Source of the DNA: an uncultured bacterium | GTDB lineage: Bacteria > DYJV01 | Assembly (NCBI GenBank): GCA_964543655.1 | Contig: CAZIZE010000072.1 | Coordinates: 1 to 38,471, forward strand | Direction: 5' to 3' | DNA length: 38,471 bases | Part shown: positions 1-7,800 of the stretch, one piece after another | How the letters are laid out: every line of letters starts with the position of its first letter | How positions within the stretch are numbered: position 1 is the stretch's first letter | Notes under the pieces: model-generated | Database searches by the model: none | What the model was told of the DNA's origin: nothing | The model's input: only the letters and a program-made list of their open reading frames with translations | Translations under genes and position numbers: made by a program

Positions 1-7
1 TTTTCAT
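1..7 (-). CDS. Probable 5' end (ATG AAA A...) of a gene running off the left edge of the window
   Basis: Minus-strand ATG at 7-5, preceded by SD-like AAGGAAG (20-14); product unknowable from this window. Confidence 0.5.
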
Positions 8-42
8 TTTTAACTTCCTTTTTAAAAGTTTTTTATTGATGT

Positions 43-58
43 AACAAAAAGTGTGCCA
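43..58 (-). promoter_or_regulatory. Candidate sigma-54 (-24/-12) promoter
   Basis: Minus strand TGGCAC-ACTTT-TTGTT; GG-N10-GT spacing (consensus GC at -12); correctly placed upstream of the SD/ATG at 20-5. Confidence 0.45.
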
Positions 59-127
59 TGTTTTAAAAGAATGGTTTTTGATTTTAAATTGAGATAATAG
101 TAATAATGTAGAAGCAGTTGAGAAATA

Positions 128-252
128 TTATACAAAACCAACTTTAAAGTAAGAGATTTTTCAGGCTAAAGCCCTCAAAATGACAGCTTTTGTGGTAAAT
201 AGAATCAATTGTAGAAAAAATGCTGTTGGATTTTTTATTTGGTTTTGTATTA
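128..252. mobile_element. MITE-like repeat family A, copy 1
   Basis: Terminal inverted repeat ATACAAAACCAA (130-141) / TTGGTTTTGTAT (239-250); internal REP-like GAGATTTTTCAGGCTAAAGCCCTCAAAATGACA (153-185); close homologues at 9816-9937 and 28264-28544. Confidence 0.8.
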
Positions 253-295
253 TTTTAATTTGTTTAAATAAAAATTACTACTTATAAAATTTCTC

Positions 296-511
296 TGAAA
301 GCTTTGTCCCGTAAAAAATAGCAAAATTTTATGAAATAAATATACATGTAAAAACAAACAGTTATAATGGATTCTTCCCCTTCGCACAGCTCAGGGTCAG
401 AATGACTTTTTGAGGGCATTCTGAGGGAGTATAGCAACTGAAGAATCCATAAATTATTAATATTAAATAAAAAATTTACCATATTAATAGAAATACCGTC
501 CAAAGATCTCA
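296..511. mobile_element. MITE-like repeat family B, copy 1 (carries an inverted REP pair)
   Basis: Imperfect TIR TGAAAGCTTTG / CAAAGATCTCA; central palindrome ATGGATTCTTC...CAGAATGAC...CATTCTG...GAAGAATCCAT (367-450); homologous to 34763-34965. Confidence 0.8.
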
Positions 512-544
512 CAATTATTAATTGGCGTCATCATTTTGACAAAA

Positions 545-1123
545 CTAAAGAGTAACAGTATCAGTTGTTAGAATGAAGTTTATAGTATCATATGCATTGC
601 CAACTTCACCTACTTTTAACTCTGAATGTGGAATTTTGTAATAATCGAGGCATAAACCGCAGCTAAATATTTTTACACCTCTTTTTTCAAGCTCTTTCAA
701 TGATTCTAAGTCTTCTTTTGTTGTTAAAAAAACACCTTTATTTACAAATATTATATTTTTAGGTAAATTATCAAATTCAAGTAATGTTTTTAAAAAACCT
801 TTCATAAGTTGCTTACCAAAATCTCCATCTCCTATTTTGTCATCTTTTATAAATAATGTTTTATTTAAAAACTTTCCCTTATTATTATCTGAAATATTGG
901 TAGACTTAACATTTTCTTTGGAAATTTTTAAAATAACTTCATTATTGTTAGAATGAATGGTTTCTACTTGGTATCCTTGATTTGTAGCAAATCTTGTAAC
1001 ATTTGTAACTGATGAGGATGAGTTTAAAATTACCTCAAGATATGGATCTTGAAGTTGTGAAAGGGCATTTTTAGTTTTTATAACAGGTTCAGGGCATGAT
1101 AAATTTCTGCAATCTATTTTCAT
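545..1123 (-). CDS. yedF: Sulfurtransferase-like selenium metabolism protein YedF (TusA/SirA + DsrE domains)
   Basis: N-terminal IDCRNLSCPEPVI (TusA CPxP motif); C-terminal NKGV...SCGLCLDYY...VGEVGN; start moved to ATG 1123, which has an AGGAGG SD. Confidence 0.85.
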   Translation of the reverse strand: MKIDCRNLSCPEPVIKTKNALSQLQDPYLEVILNSSSSVTNVTRFATNQGYQVETIHSNNNEVILKISKENVKSTNISDNNKGKFLNKTLFIKDDKIGDGDFGKQLMKGFLKTLLEFDNLPKNIIFVNKGVFLTTKEDLESLKELEKRGVKIFSCGLCLDYYKIPHSELKVGEVGNAYDTINFILTTDTVTL

Positions 1124-1269
1124 AAAATCCTCCTGATTATTTTTAATTATAATTTTATAAAATATTGAAAAAGTCAAATTGAAATAATTTATTGTTATTT
1201 AAAATTTATAAAAAAAAATTATAAAAATTTTTAGTAGAAAAAAAAATAAAAATATTCTATTATAATTTT

Positions 1270-2097
1270 ATGATAATTAGAGGCAATACTAAAATTTTAG
1301 CATTAATTGGTAAAAATATAAAACATTCCCTTTCGCCATTAATTCATAATTATTTAATCAATTACTATAAATTAGATATGGTGTATGTTGTTTTTGATTT
1401 AAACGAAAAATTTGAAAATTTTTATGAATTTTTTAAAAATTGTAGCAATTTTCTTGGTTGCAATATTACCATACCGTACAAAGAATCTGCTTATAACCTT
1501 GCTGATAATATTAATGAATTAGCCAGAGAGATAAAGGCGGTAAATACTTTGAAACATGAAAATGAAATAATTACCGGATATAATACAGATATTTTTGGCT
1601 TTTTATATACATTAGAAAAAATTATCTGTTTTAATATGGAGAGTAAAAATGTTGTGATTTTAGGCTCAGGTGGCACTGCAAAAACCGCTATTTATGCTCT
1701 TAAAGATAAAGTTGCAGGTATTACTATAGTGAGCCGCTCAAGGAGTAAAATTGAGCATCTGTTATCTGAAAATATAAAATGGAAAGAATTTAAAAATAAC
1801 AAGGAATGCCTGAAATTTTATGATGCTGACATTATTATCAACACAACGCCACTTGGAATTAATGGTGAGTCAATAGATATAAACTGGGATGTTTTGAAAA
1901 AAGAGTTAGCAATTTTTGATTTAATTTATTTTGATACACCATTAATTTTAGATGCAAAAAAAAGAGGTTTTAATTGCAGTAATGGAAAAAACATGTTAAT
2001 TTATCAGGCATTAAAAAGTTTTGAAATTTGGACAGATTTAGATATTTCAGACTCAATGGTTCAAACTATTAAAAAAGAGGTTTTCAATGAGGAATAA
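1270..2097 (+). CDS. aroE: Shikimate dehydrogenase
   Basis: HSLSP, NITIPYK, AVNT, GYNTD, GSGGTA, INTTPLG, DLIY and MLIYQA motifs. Confidence 0.93.
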   Translation: MIIRGNTKILALIGKNIKHSLSPLIHNYLINYYKLDMVYVVFDLNEKFENFYEFFKNCSNFLGCNITIPYKESAYNLADNINELAREIKAVNTLKHENEIITGYNTDIFGFLYTLEKIICFNMESKNVVILGSGGTAKTAIYALKDKVAGITIVSRSRSKIEHLLSENIKWKEFKNNKECLKFYDADIIINTTPLGINGESIDINWDVLKKELAIFDLIYFDTPLILDAKKRGFNCSNGKNMLIYQALKSFEIWTDLDISDSMVQTIKKEVFNEE

Positions 2098-3793
2098 AAC
2101 AAAATTAGGTCAAATATTAGTTAAAAATGGTATAATTACAGAGAAGCAGTTAAAAGAAGCTCTTAAAATTCAGGAAAAAAATCCTGACAAAAGAATAGGA
2201 GAAATTTTAATTGAATTAAAATATATTGGGGAGGAGGAGCTTTTAAATGCTTTAAGCTTGCAGTTTGGCATTCCTGTTGTTGACCTTAATAACTATGATA
2301 TTAAAGAGGATATTATAAAGATTGTTCCAGAAGAGATGATAAAAAAGTATAAGGTTATACCAATTAATAGATTTGGTAATACTCTTCTTCTTGCAATTGA
2401 TGACCCCTCTGATATTAATGCTATTGATGATATAAAATTTTACACTGGTTACAATATAGATGTTGTCATATCTTCCACAAGAGCAATTAGAGAAGTAATA
2501 GATAAAATTTTTGACAATGTGTCAGCTGTGGAAAAGATTGATAGCAAATTTGATCTTGAAGATATAGAGTATGAAGATTATGATGAAGAAGAATCAACAG
2601 ATATTTCCACAATAGAAAAAGAGACTCAAGCAGGGCCTGTTGTTAAGCTTGTAAACTATATTCTTACAGAGGCTGTTAAAAGAAAGGCAAGTGATATTCA
2701 TATTGAGCAGTTTGAAAAGTCTTTTAGAGTCAGGTTCAGGGTTGATGGTGTTTTGTACGAATTTATGAAGCTACCAATGAAATTAAAAAATGCTATAGTT
2801 TCAAGGCTTAAAATTATGTCTCATTTAAATATTGCTGAAAGAAGGCTTCCGCAGGATGGAAGGATTAAATTAAAATATGAAAAAGGTAAGGAGATAGATT
2901 TCAGGGTATCAACTTTGCCAACACTTTTTGGTGAAAAAGTTGTTTTAAGGCTTTTAGATAAATCAAATCTTCAGCTTGATTTAAAAGTTTTAGGTTTTGA
3001 AGAGAGAGAATTAAATCTATTTTATGAAGCAATTAGAAAGCCTTATGGTATGGTTTTAGTTACTGGTCCAACTGGTAGTGGTAAAACAACAACTCTTTAT
3101 TCTGCATTATCAGAGTTAAATAAGATTGATGTTAATATCTCAACAGCAGAAGATCCAGTAGAGTATAACCTTGAAGGTATTAATCAGGTTCAAATTAGAG
3201 AGAATATAGGACTTACCTTTGCAGCTGCGCTCAGGTCATTTCTCAGACAGGATCCAGATATTATTTTGGTTGGTGAGATGAGGGACCTTGAAACAGCTGA
3301 GATAGGTGTTAAAGCAGCATTAACAGGCCATCTTGTTCTGAGCACACTTCATACCAATGATGCACCAAGTACAGTAACAAGGCTTGTTGATATGGGAGTA
3401 GAGCCTTTTTTAATTGCAAGCTCTTTACTAATAGTAATTGCTCAGAGACTTGCAAGAAAGGTTTGTTCAAATTGTAAAAAAGAGATTAAATTAGATAAAA
3501 AAGTACTTTTAAGATATGGTGTTAAAGAGGAAGAAATAGATGATTTTAAAGTTTACAAAGGAGAAGGTTGTGATATTTGTAATGGCACTGGTTATAAAGG
3601 TAGGGTTGCTCTTTATGAGGTAATGCCTATATCTGATACTTTGAAAGATTTAATTACAAGAGAAGCCACTACTCAGGAGATAAAAGAGCAGGCACGTAAA
3701 GAGGGAATGAAAACATTGAGAGAAGTTGGTTTAATAAAGGTGAAGCAAGGAATAACAACAATAGAAGAAGTTTCAAGAGTTACAATTCAGTAA
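2087..3793 (+). CDS. pilB: Type IV pilus assembly ATPase PilB
   Basis: N-terminal MshEN-like KLGQIL/RIGEIL; ASDIHIE, RLPQDGR, GPTGSGKTT, AEDPVE, LRQDPD, HTND; CxxC...CxxC Zn site. Confidence 0.93.
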   Translation: MRNKTKLGQILVKNGIITEKQLKEALKIQEKNPDKRIGEILIELKYIGEEELLNALSLQFGIPVVDLNNYDIKEDIIKIVPEEMIKKYKVIPINRFGNTLLLAIDDPSDINAIDDIKFYTGYNIDVVISSTRAIREVIDKIFDNVSAVEKIDSKFDLEDIEYEDYDEEESTDISTIEKETQAGPVVKLVNYILTEAVKRKASDIHIEQFEKSFRVRFRVDGVLYEFMKLPMKLKNAIVSRLKIMSHLNIAERRLPQDGRIKLKYEKGKEIDFRVSTLPTLFGEKVVLRLLDKSNLQLDLKVLGFEERELNLFYEAIRKPYGMVLVTGPTGSGKTTTLYSALSELNKIDVNISTAEDPVEYNLEGINQVQIRENIGLTFAAALRSFLRQDPDIILVGEMRDLETAEIGVKAALTGHLVLSTLHTNDAPSTVTRLVDMGVEPFLIASSLLIVIAQRLARKVCSNCKKEIKLDKKVLLRYGVKEEEIDDFKVYKGEGCDICNGTGYKGRVALYEVMPISDTLKDLITREATTQEIKEQARKEGMKTLREVGLIKVKQGITTIEEVSRVTIQ

Positions 3794-3826
3794 TTTAATA
3801 AAAATTAAAAAAAATTTACATAAATA

Positions 3827-3855
3827 TTGACAAATAGATTTTTTGGTGCTATAAG
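3827..3855 (+). promoter_or_regulatory. Sigma-70 promoter of the tRNA genes
   Basis: TTGACA(3827-3832)-17 bp-TATAAG(3850-3855) with TG extension, A-tract upstream and GC-rich discriminator, 15 bp before tRNA-Gly. Confidence 0.75.
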
Positions 3856-3870
3856 CCGTCAAAATTTAGA

Positions 3871-3945
3871 GCGGGAATAACTCAGCGGTAGAGTGCGACC
3901 TTGCCAAGGTCGAAGTCGCGGGTTCAAATCCCGTTTCCCGCTCCA
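3871..3945 (+). tRNA. tRNA-Gly(GCC)
   Basis: Cloverleaf GCGGGAA/TTCCCGC; anticodon arm CGACC-TTGCCAA-GGTCG; GGTTCAAATC T-arm; encoded CCA. Confidence 0.97.
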
Positions 3946-3952
3946 TAAGTTT

Positions 3953-4024
<72 letters not shown>

Positions 4025-4057
4025 TAAAGTCATAAAAATATAAGGAGAATAAATTTT

Positions 4058-4138
4058 ATGAACAAAATTTTTTATAATACAAATTTTTATTTCTGGTTTT
4101 ATTTTAAAAAAAATATGAGAGAGGTACGCCCACGGTAG
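4058..4138 (+). CDS. Aromatic amino-acid operon leader peptide, 26 aa MNKIFYNTNFYFWFYFKKNMREVRPR
   Basis: Translated by hand; AAGGAG SD at 4042-4047; seven consecutive aromatic codons (FYFWFYF); directly upstream of a terminator and the aro/tyr/phe/trp genes. Confidence 0.85.
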   Translation: MNKIFYNTNFYFWFYFKKNMREVRPR

Positions 4139-4172
4139 GGTTTTATTTTTTTTATATATAAAAGCCGTGAGC
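4128..4172 (+). promoter_or_regulatory. Predicted antiterminator pairing
   Basis: GCCCACGGT (4128-4136) can pair with GCCGTGAGC (4164-4172) at 8 of 9 positions including one G-U, sequestering the 5' arm of the terminator. Confidence 0.65.
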
Positions 4173-4194
4173 TAAGCCTCACGGCTTTTTTTTT
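4160..4194 (+). terminator. Intrinsic terminator (attenuator)
   Basis: GCCGTGAG-ctaagc-CTCACGGC followed by T9, ending 27 bp before the first structural gene. Confidence 0.9.
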
Positions 4195-4221
4195 GCCAAA
4201 AAAATTTGGAGGTAATTTAAA

Positions 4222-5022
4222 ATGATTGGTAAACTTATTAGGATGGAGAGAATTAAAGATAGGGAGAGTAACAAATTCCTTATCTTGCCACTTGACCATG
4301 GTGTTACAGTTGGGCCCATTCATGGTATTACTAACTTAAAAGAGGTGGTTGATTTAGCTGCTGAAGGTGGTGCAACTGCTGTTGTTGAGCATAAAGGAAT
4401 GGTTACAGCTGGTTACAGAGGTGGGGGAAAAGACATTGGATTAATTGTCCATCTCTCTGCATCAACAAATCTTTCTGAATATGCAAACACAAAAACAATT
4501 GTAGGGACAGTTGAAGAAGCTATTAAACTTGGCGCAGATGGAGTTTCTATTCATGTTAATATTGGTGATGTTAATGAAAGGGAAATGTTGAAAGATTTTG
4601 GATTAATTTCCAAAAAGGCTCATGAATGGGGGATGCCACTTCTTGCAATGGTTTATCCACGGGGCAATGGCATTTCCAATGGATATGACCCAAAGTTAAT
4701 TGCTCATTGTGCAAGGCTTGGTGCTGAGCTTGGTGCTGATATTGTAAAAGTGTCTTACTCAGGGGATATAGAGTCTTTTTCTAAAGTTGTTGAAGCTACT
4801 CCAATACCTGTTGTTATTGCTGGTGGTGAAAAAATGGATTCAGAAAAAGATGTTCTTGTAATGGTGGAGGAAGCATTAAAAGCAGGAGCAGCTGGTATTT
4901 CAATTGGTAGAAACATTTTTCAGAATAAAAACCCAAAAAAGATGATTCAAGCGTTAGCCATGATTATAAAGAATGGAAAATCAGCTGAAGAAGCTGAAGA
5001 TTTCCTGAGAAATGGAGAATAA
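4222..5022 (+). CDS. aroA': 2-amino-3,7-dideoxy-D-threo-hept-6-ulosonate (ADH) synthase, DhnA-type class I aldolase family
   Basis: [39 protein letters not shown]; adjacent to DHQ synthase II. Confidence 0.85.
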   Translation: MIGKLIRMERIKDRESNKFLILPLDHGVTVGPIHGITNLKEVVDLAAEGGATAVVEHKGMVTAGYRGGGKDIGLIVHLSASTNLSEYANTKTIVGTVEEAIKLGADGVSIHVNIGDVNEREMLKDFGLISKKAHEWGMPLLAMVYPRGNGISNGYDPKLIAHCARLGAELGADIVKVSYSGDIESFSKVVEATPIPVVIAGGEKMDSEKDVLVMVEEALKAGAAGISIGRNIFQNKNPKKMIQALAMIIKNGKSAEEAEDFLRNGE

Positions 5023-5023
5023 A

Positions 5024-5998
5024 ATGAGAGAAGTATGGTTAAAAGTGGAAAGTTTTAATAAAGAATTAATTACCACTGCAATAGAGCTTGGTATTAATAC
5101 TTTTTTTGTTACAGATGAAGATGATAAATATAGAATTACAAATTTAGCAAAGGTTAATGTTTTTACCAATAAGGATGTTTATGAATTTATTTATAAAAAT
5201 CGAGATGATGAAGATAAAATAGTTGAACTTTCAAAAGATAATAATCTTATATTAAAAACAGAATCGTGGGAAGTGATTCCGTGGGAAAACTTAATAGCAA
5301 AAAAGGCAAGGTTTTTTGTGTATGTTACCAGTGATACTGAGTTAAAAACAGCTCTTGGAGTTCTTGAAAAGGGAGTTTCAGGGATTATTCTTAAAGTTGA
5401 TTCTGTGGAAAAACTTAGAGACATGGTTAAGTTAATAAAAGATGATGATGCTTCAATAATTTTAGAAGAAGCTGAAATTGTCAATATTCAGGTTCTTGAT
5501 TCTGGTGAACGAGTTTGCATTGATACATGTAATCTTATGTCAAAGGGTGAAGGTATACTTGTTGGTAGTAGTAGTAACTTCTTATTTTTAATTCATTCAG
5601 AATCTTTACAAAATCCTTACTGTGACCCAAGACCTTTTAGAGTTAACGCTGGAGCAGTGTATGCGTATGTTAGAGTTAATCAGGAAAGGACAAAGTATCT
5701 TTCTGAGTTAAAATCAGGTGACGAGGTGCTAATTGTAAATTCAAATGGTAGAATTAGAAAAGGCATTGTTGGGAGAAGCAAAATTGAAACAAGACCCCTT
5801 ATATTAATAGAAGCAGAGTTCTCAGGTCAGGTTTTTTCAGTTATTCTACAAAATGCAGAGACTATTAATCTTGTTTCTCCAGATGGTGAGCCTATATCAG
5901 TTTCAAAGTTAAAAAAAGGTGATAAAGTTTTAATTTCAGCAGAATCTGGTGGAAGGCATTTTGGAAGAAAAATTGAGGAGAATATAGTTGAAAAATGA
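5024..5998 (+). CDS. aroB': 3-dehydroquinate synthase II (archaeal-type, oxidative deaminating)
   Basis: WEVIPWENLIA, RVCIDTC, RPFRVNAGAV, TKYLSEL, LQNAETI, GRHFG; start 5024 (GGAG SD) or 5012. Confidence 0.9.
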   Translation: MREVWLKVESFNKELITTAIELGINTFFVTDEDDKYRITNLAKVNVFTNKDVYEFIYKNRDDEDKIVELSKDNNLILKTESWEVIPWENLIAKKARFFVYVTSDTELKTALGVLEKGVSGIILKVDSVEKLRDMVKLIKDDDASIILEEAEIVNIQVLDSGERVCIDTCNLMSKGEGILVGSSSNFLFLIHSESLQNPYCDPRPFRVNAGAVYAYVRVNQERTKYLSELKSGDEVLIVNSNGRIRKGIVGRSKIETRPLILIEAEFSGQVFSVILQNAETINLVSPDGEPISVSKLKKGDKVLISAESGGRHFGRKIEENIVEK

Positions 5999-6737
5999 CT
6001 TCATTGTTGGGATAATTGGTGGAAATGGTAGAATGGGAGTAGCTTTAAATGATTTTTTCAAATCTAAAAAAGTTGAAACAATAGTTTCTGATATTAATTT
6101 GAAAATTTCAAATAAGGAATTAACAAAAAATGCTGATATTGTAGTTATTTCTACTCCTGTGACAATTTATGAGAAGATTTTAGAAGAAATATATGAAGAA
6201 TTAAATGAAGATAAAATGCTGATGGATATTGGTTCTTTAAAATTTAGAGAAGTAGCTATAATGAAAAAATATTTTTCAGGTGAAATTTTAGCAACTCACC
6301 CTCTTTTTGGCCCTGAGAAGAGATTTAAAGGAAAAGAAAATAATATTGTAATTAGCAGGTTTAATAGCAGTGAAAAAACTGAGTTTGTTCTGAAGTTGCT
6401 TAGAGAAAATCAATTAAATATTATTGAGATGACTCCAGAGGAGCATGACAAAACAATGGCTTATATTCATGGCTTTTACTATTTGATGAATATTACATAT
6501 ATTGAAATTTTGCAGAATAACTTTAAATCATTTGGAAAAATAAAAGATTTAAAAACCACATCATTTTCAAAATATATAGAAAATCTTAAAAATAATATTT
6601 TTAATACACAGGATAGTTTGATTGAGCTTATAGCTTATGAGAATCCATTTATAAAAGAAGTTGTTGATGAATTTCATAAAAACCTTTTCAAAAAGGTTGA
6701 TTTTAGTAAATTGAAAGGATTTCTTGAAAATGAATAA
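5988..6737 (+). CDS. tyrA: Prephenate/arogenate dehydrogenase
   Basis: GIIGGNGRMG, DIGSLK, HPLFGP and EEHD motifs; TTG start with GAGGAG SD. Confidence 0.88.
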   Translation: MKNDFIVGIIGGNGRMGVALNDFFKSKKVETIVSDINLKISNKELTKNADIVVISTPVTIYEKILEEIYEELNEDKMLMDIGSLKFREVAIMKKYFSGEILATHPLFGPEKRFKGKENNIVISRFNSSEKTEFVLKLLRENQLNIIEMTPEEHDKTMAYIHGFYYLMNITYIEILQNNFKSFGKIKDLKTTSFSKYIENLKNNIFNTQDSLIELIAYENPFIKEVVDEFHKNLFKKVDFSKLKGFLENE

Positions 6738-7800
6738 ATGGGAAATTGATTTAAAAAATTATAGAAAGAAAATAGATGAAATTGATGATAAATTAGTTTC
6801 ACTTTTAAATGAAAGAACTATTTATTCAAAAAAAATTGGTGAAATTAAAAATAGATATGGATTGCAATTAATTGATTATTCCAGAGAAAAAGAGGTTATT
6901 AAAAAAATCTTGAAAAAATCTTCTATGATTATCCCTGAACGTGATTTAAAAAATATTTATAGAGAGATAATAGCATCCTCACGAAAAATTCAGAAGTCAT
7001 ACACAATAAGCTTTCTTGGACCAAAGGGGACTTTTTCTAATATAGTTTTTGAAAAATTTTTTGGAAAAAATACAAATTATGATCTTTGTAGAAACATTAG
7101 AGAGATTTTTCAAAATGTTGTTAGTAAAGATTCAAAATTTGGTATAGTGCCTGTTGAAAATTCCATTGAGGGAAGTGTTTCAGAGACACTTGATTATCTT
7201 TATCATTTTGATGTAAATATCTGGGCAGAGTTAAAATTAAAAGTAAGTTTCCATCTTGCATCATATTTCAATTCTGAGAAAATCAGAAAAATATATTCTC
7301 ATCCACATGCAATAGCACAATGCCGTGGGTTTATTGATAAAAATTTCCCTGATGCTGAACTTATACCTCTTTCAAGCACAGCAGAAGGGATAAAATTTTT
7401 AAAAGATGATAGAGAAAGTGCAGTAATTGTTTCACCATATTCAATTGAAATTTATAATCTGAAAGTTATTAGCAAAAATATAGAAGATGCTGTAAATAAT
7501 TTTACACGTTTTTTTGTTATTTCAAAAGATGAAAATAATCTTACAGAAGGTAGCAAAACTTCATTTATTTTTGCTGTGTCACATCAGCCAAAGAGCCTTT
7601 TTAATGCCCTTCAAATAGTTGCTGATAACAACCTGAATATGTGCAAAATAGAGTCACGGCCAATAAAAGAAATTCCATGGGAATATCTATTTTTTGTTGA
7701 TATTGAAGGTAAGGTTAATGAATCTTTTTACACTAATTTTAAAACCAATACTACTTTTTTTAAAAAATTAGGTACATATCCAGTGGAGTTTTTGGAATGA
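6730..7800 (+). CDS. pheA: Chorismate mutase / prephenate dehydratase (P-protein)
   Basis: RKKIDEID..LLNER chorismate mutase domain; LGPKGTFS, PVENSIEG, SHPHAIAQC, NFTRF, IESRP; start 6730 or TTG 6724. Confidence 0.92.
   Translation: MNKWEIDLKNYRKKIDEIDDKLVSLLNERTIYSKKIGEIKNRYGLQLIDYSREKEVIKKILKKSSMIIPERDLKNIYREIIASSRKIQKSYTISFLGPKGTFSNIVFEKFFGKNTNYDLCRNIREIFQNVVSKDSKFGIVPVENSIEGSVSETLDYLYHFDVNIWAELKLKVSFHLASYFNSEKIRKIYSHPHAIAQCRGFIDKNFPDAELIPLSSTAEGIKFLKDDRESAVIVSPYSIEIYNLKVISKNIEDAVNNFTRFFVISKDENNLTEGSKTSFIFAVSHQPKSLFNALQIVADNNLNMCKIESRPIKEIPWEYLFFVDIEGKVNESFYTNFKTNTTFFKKLGTYPVEFLE

Noticed and set aside
282-512. 76-aa minus-strand ORF
   Set aside because: Coincides with repeat family B copy 1; no SD or motifs; no equivalent ORF is listed for copy 2
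545-1177. Selenocysteine recoding in yedF or the XDH genes
   Set aside because: Frames are complete, with Cys at the motif positions and no in-frame TGA
4025-4221. T-box riboswitch upstream of the aromatic operon
   Set aside because: No T-box consensus (AA..AGGGTGG.ACC.CG) or stem I motifs visible; region short and AT-rich
4099-4323. 74-aa minus-strand ORF over the attenuator
   Set aside because: Antisense to the leader and aroA'; no protein motifs; the plus-strand leader explains the region
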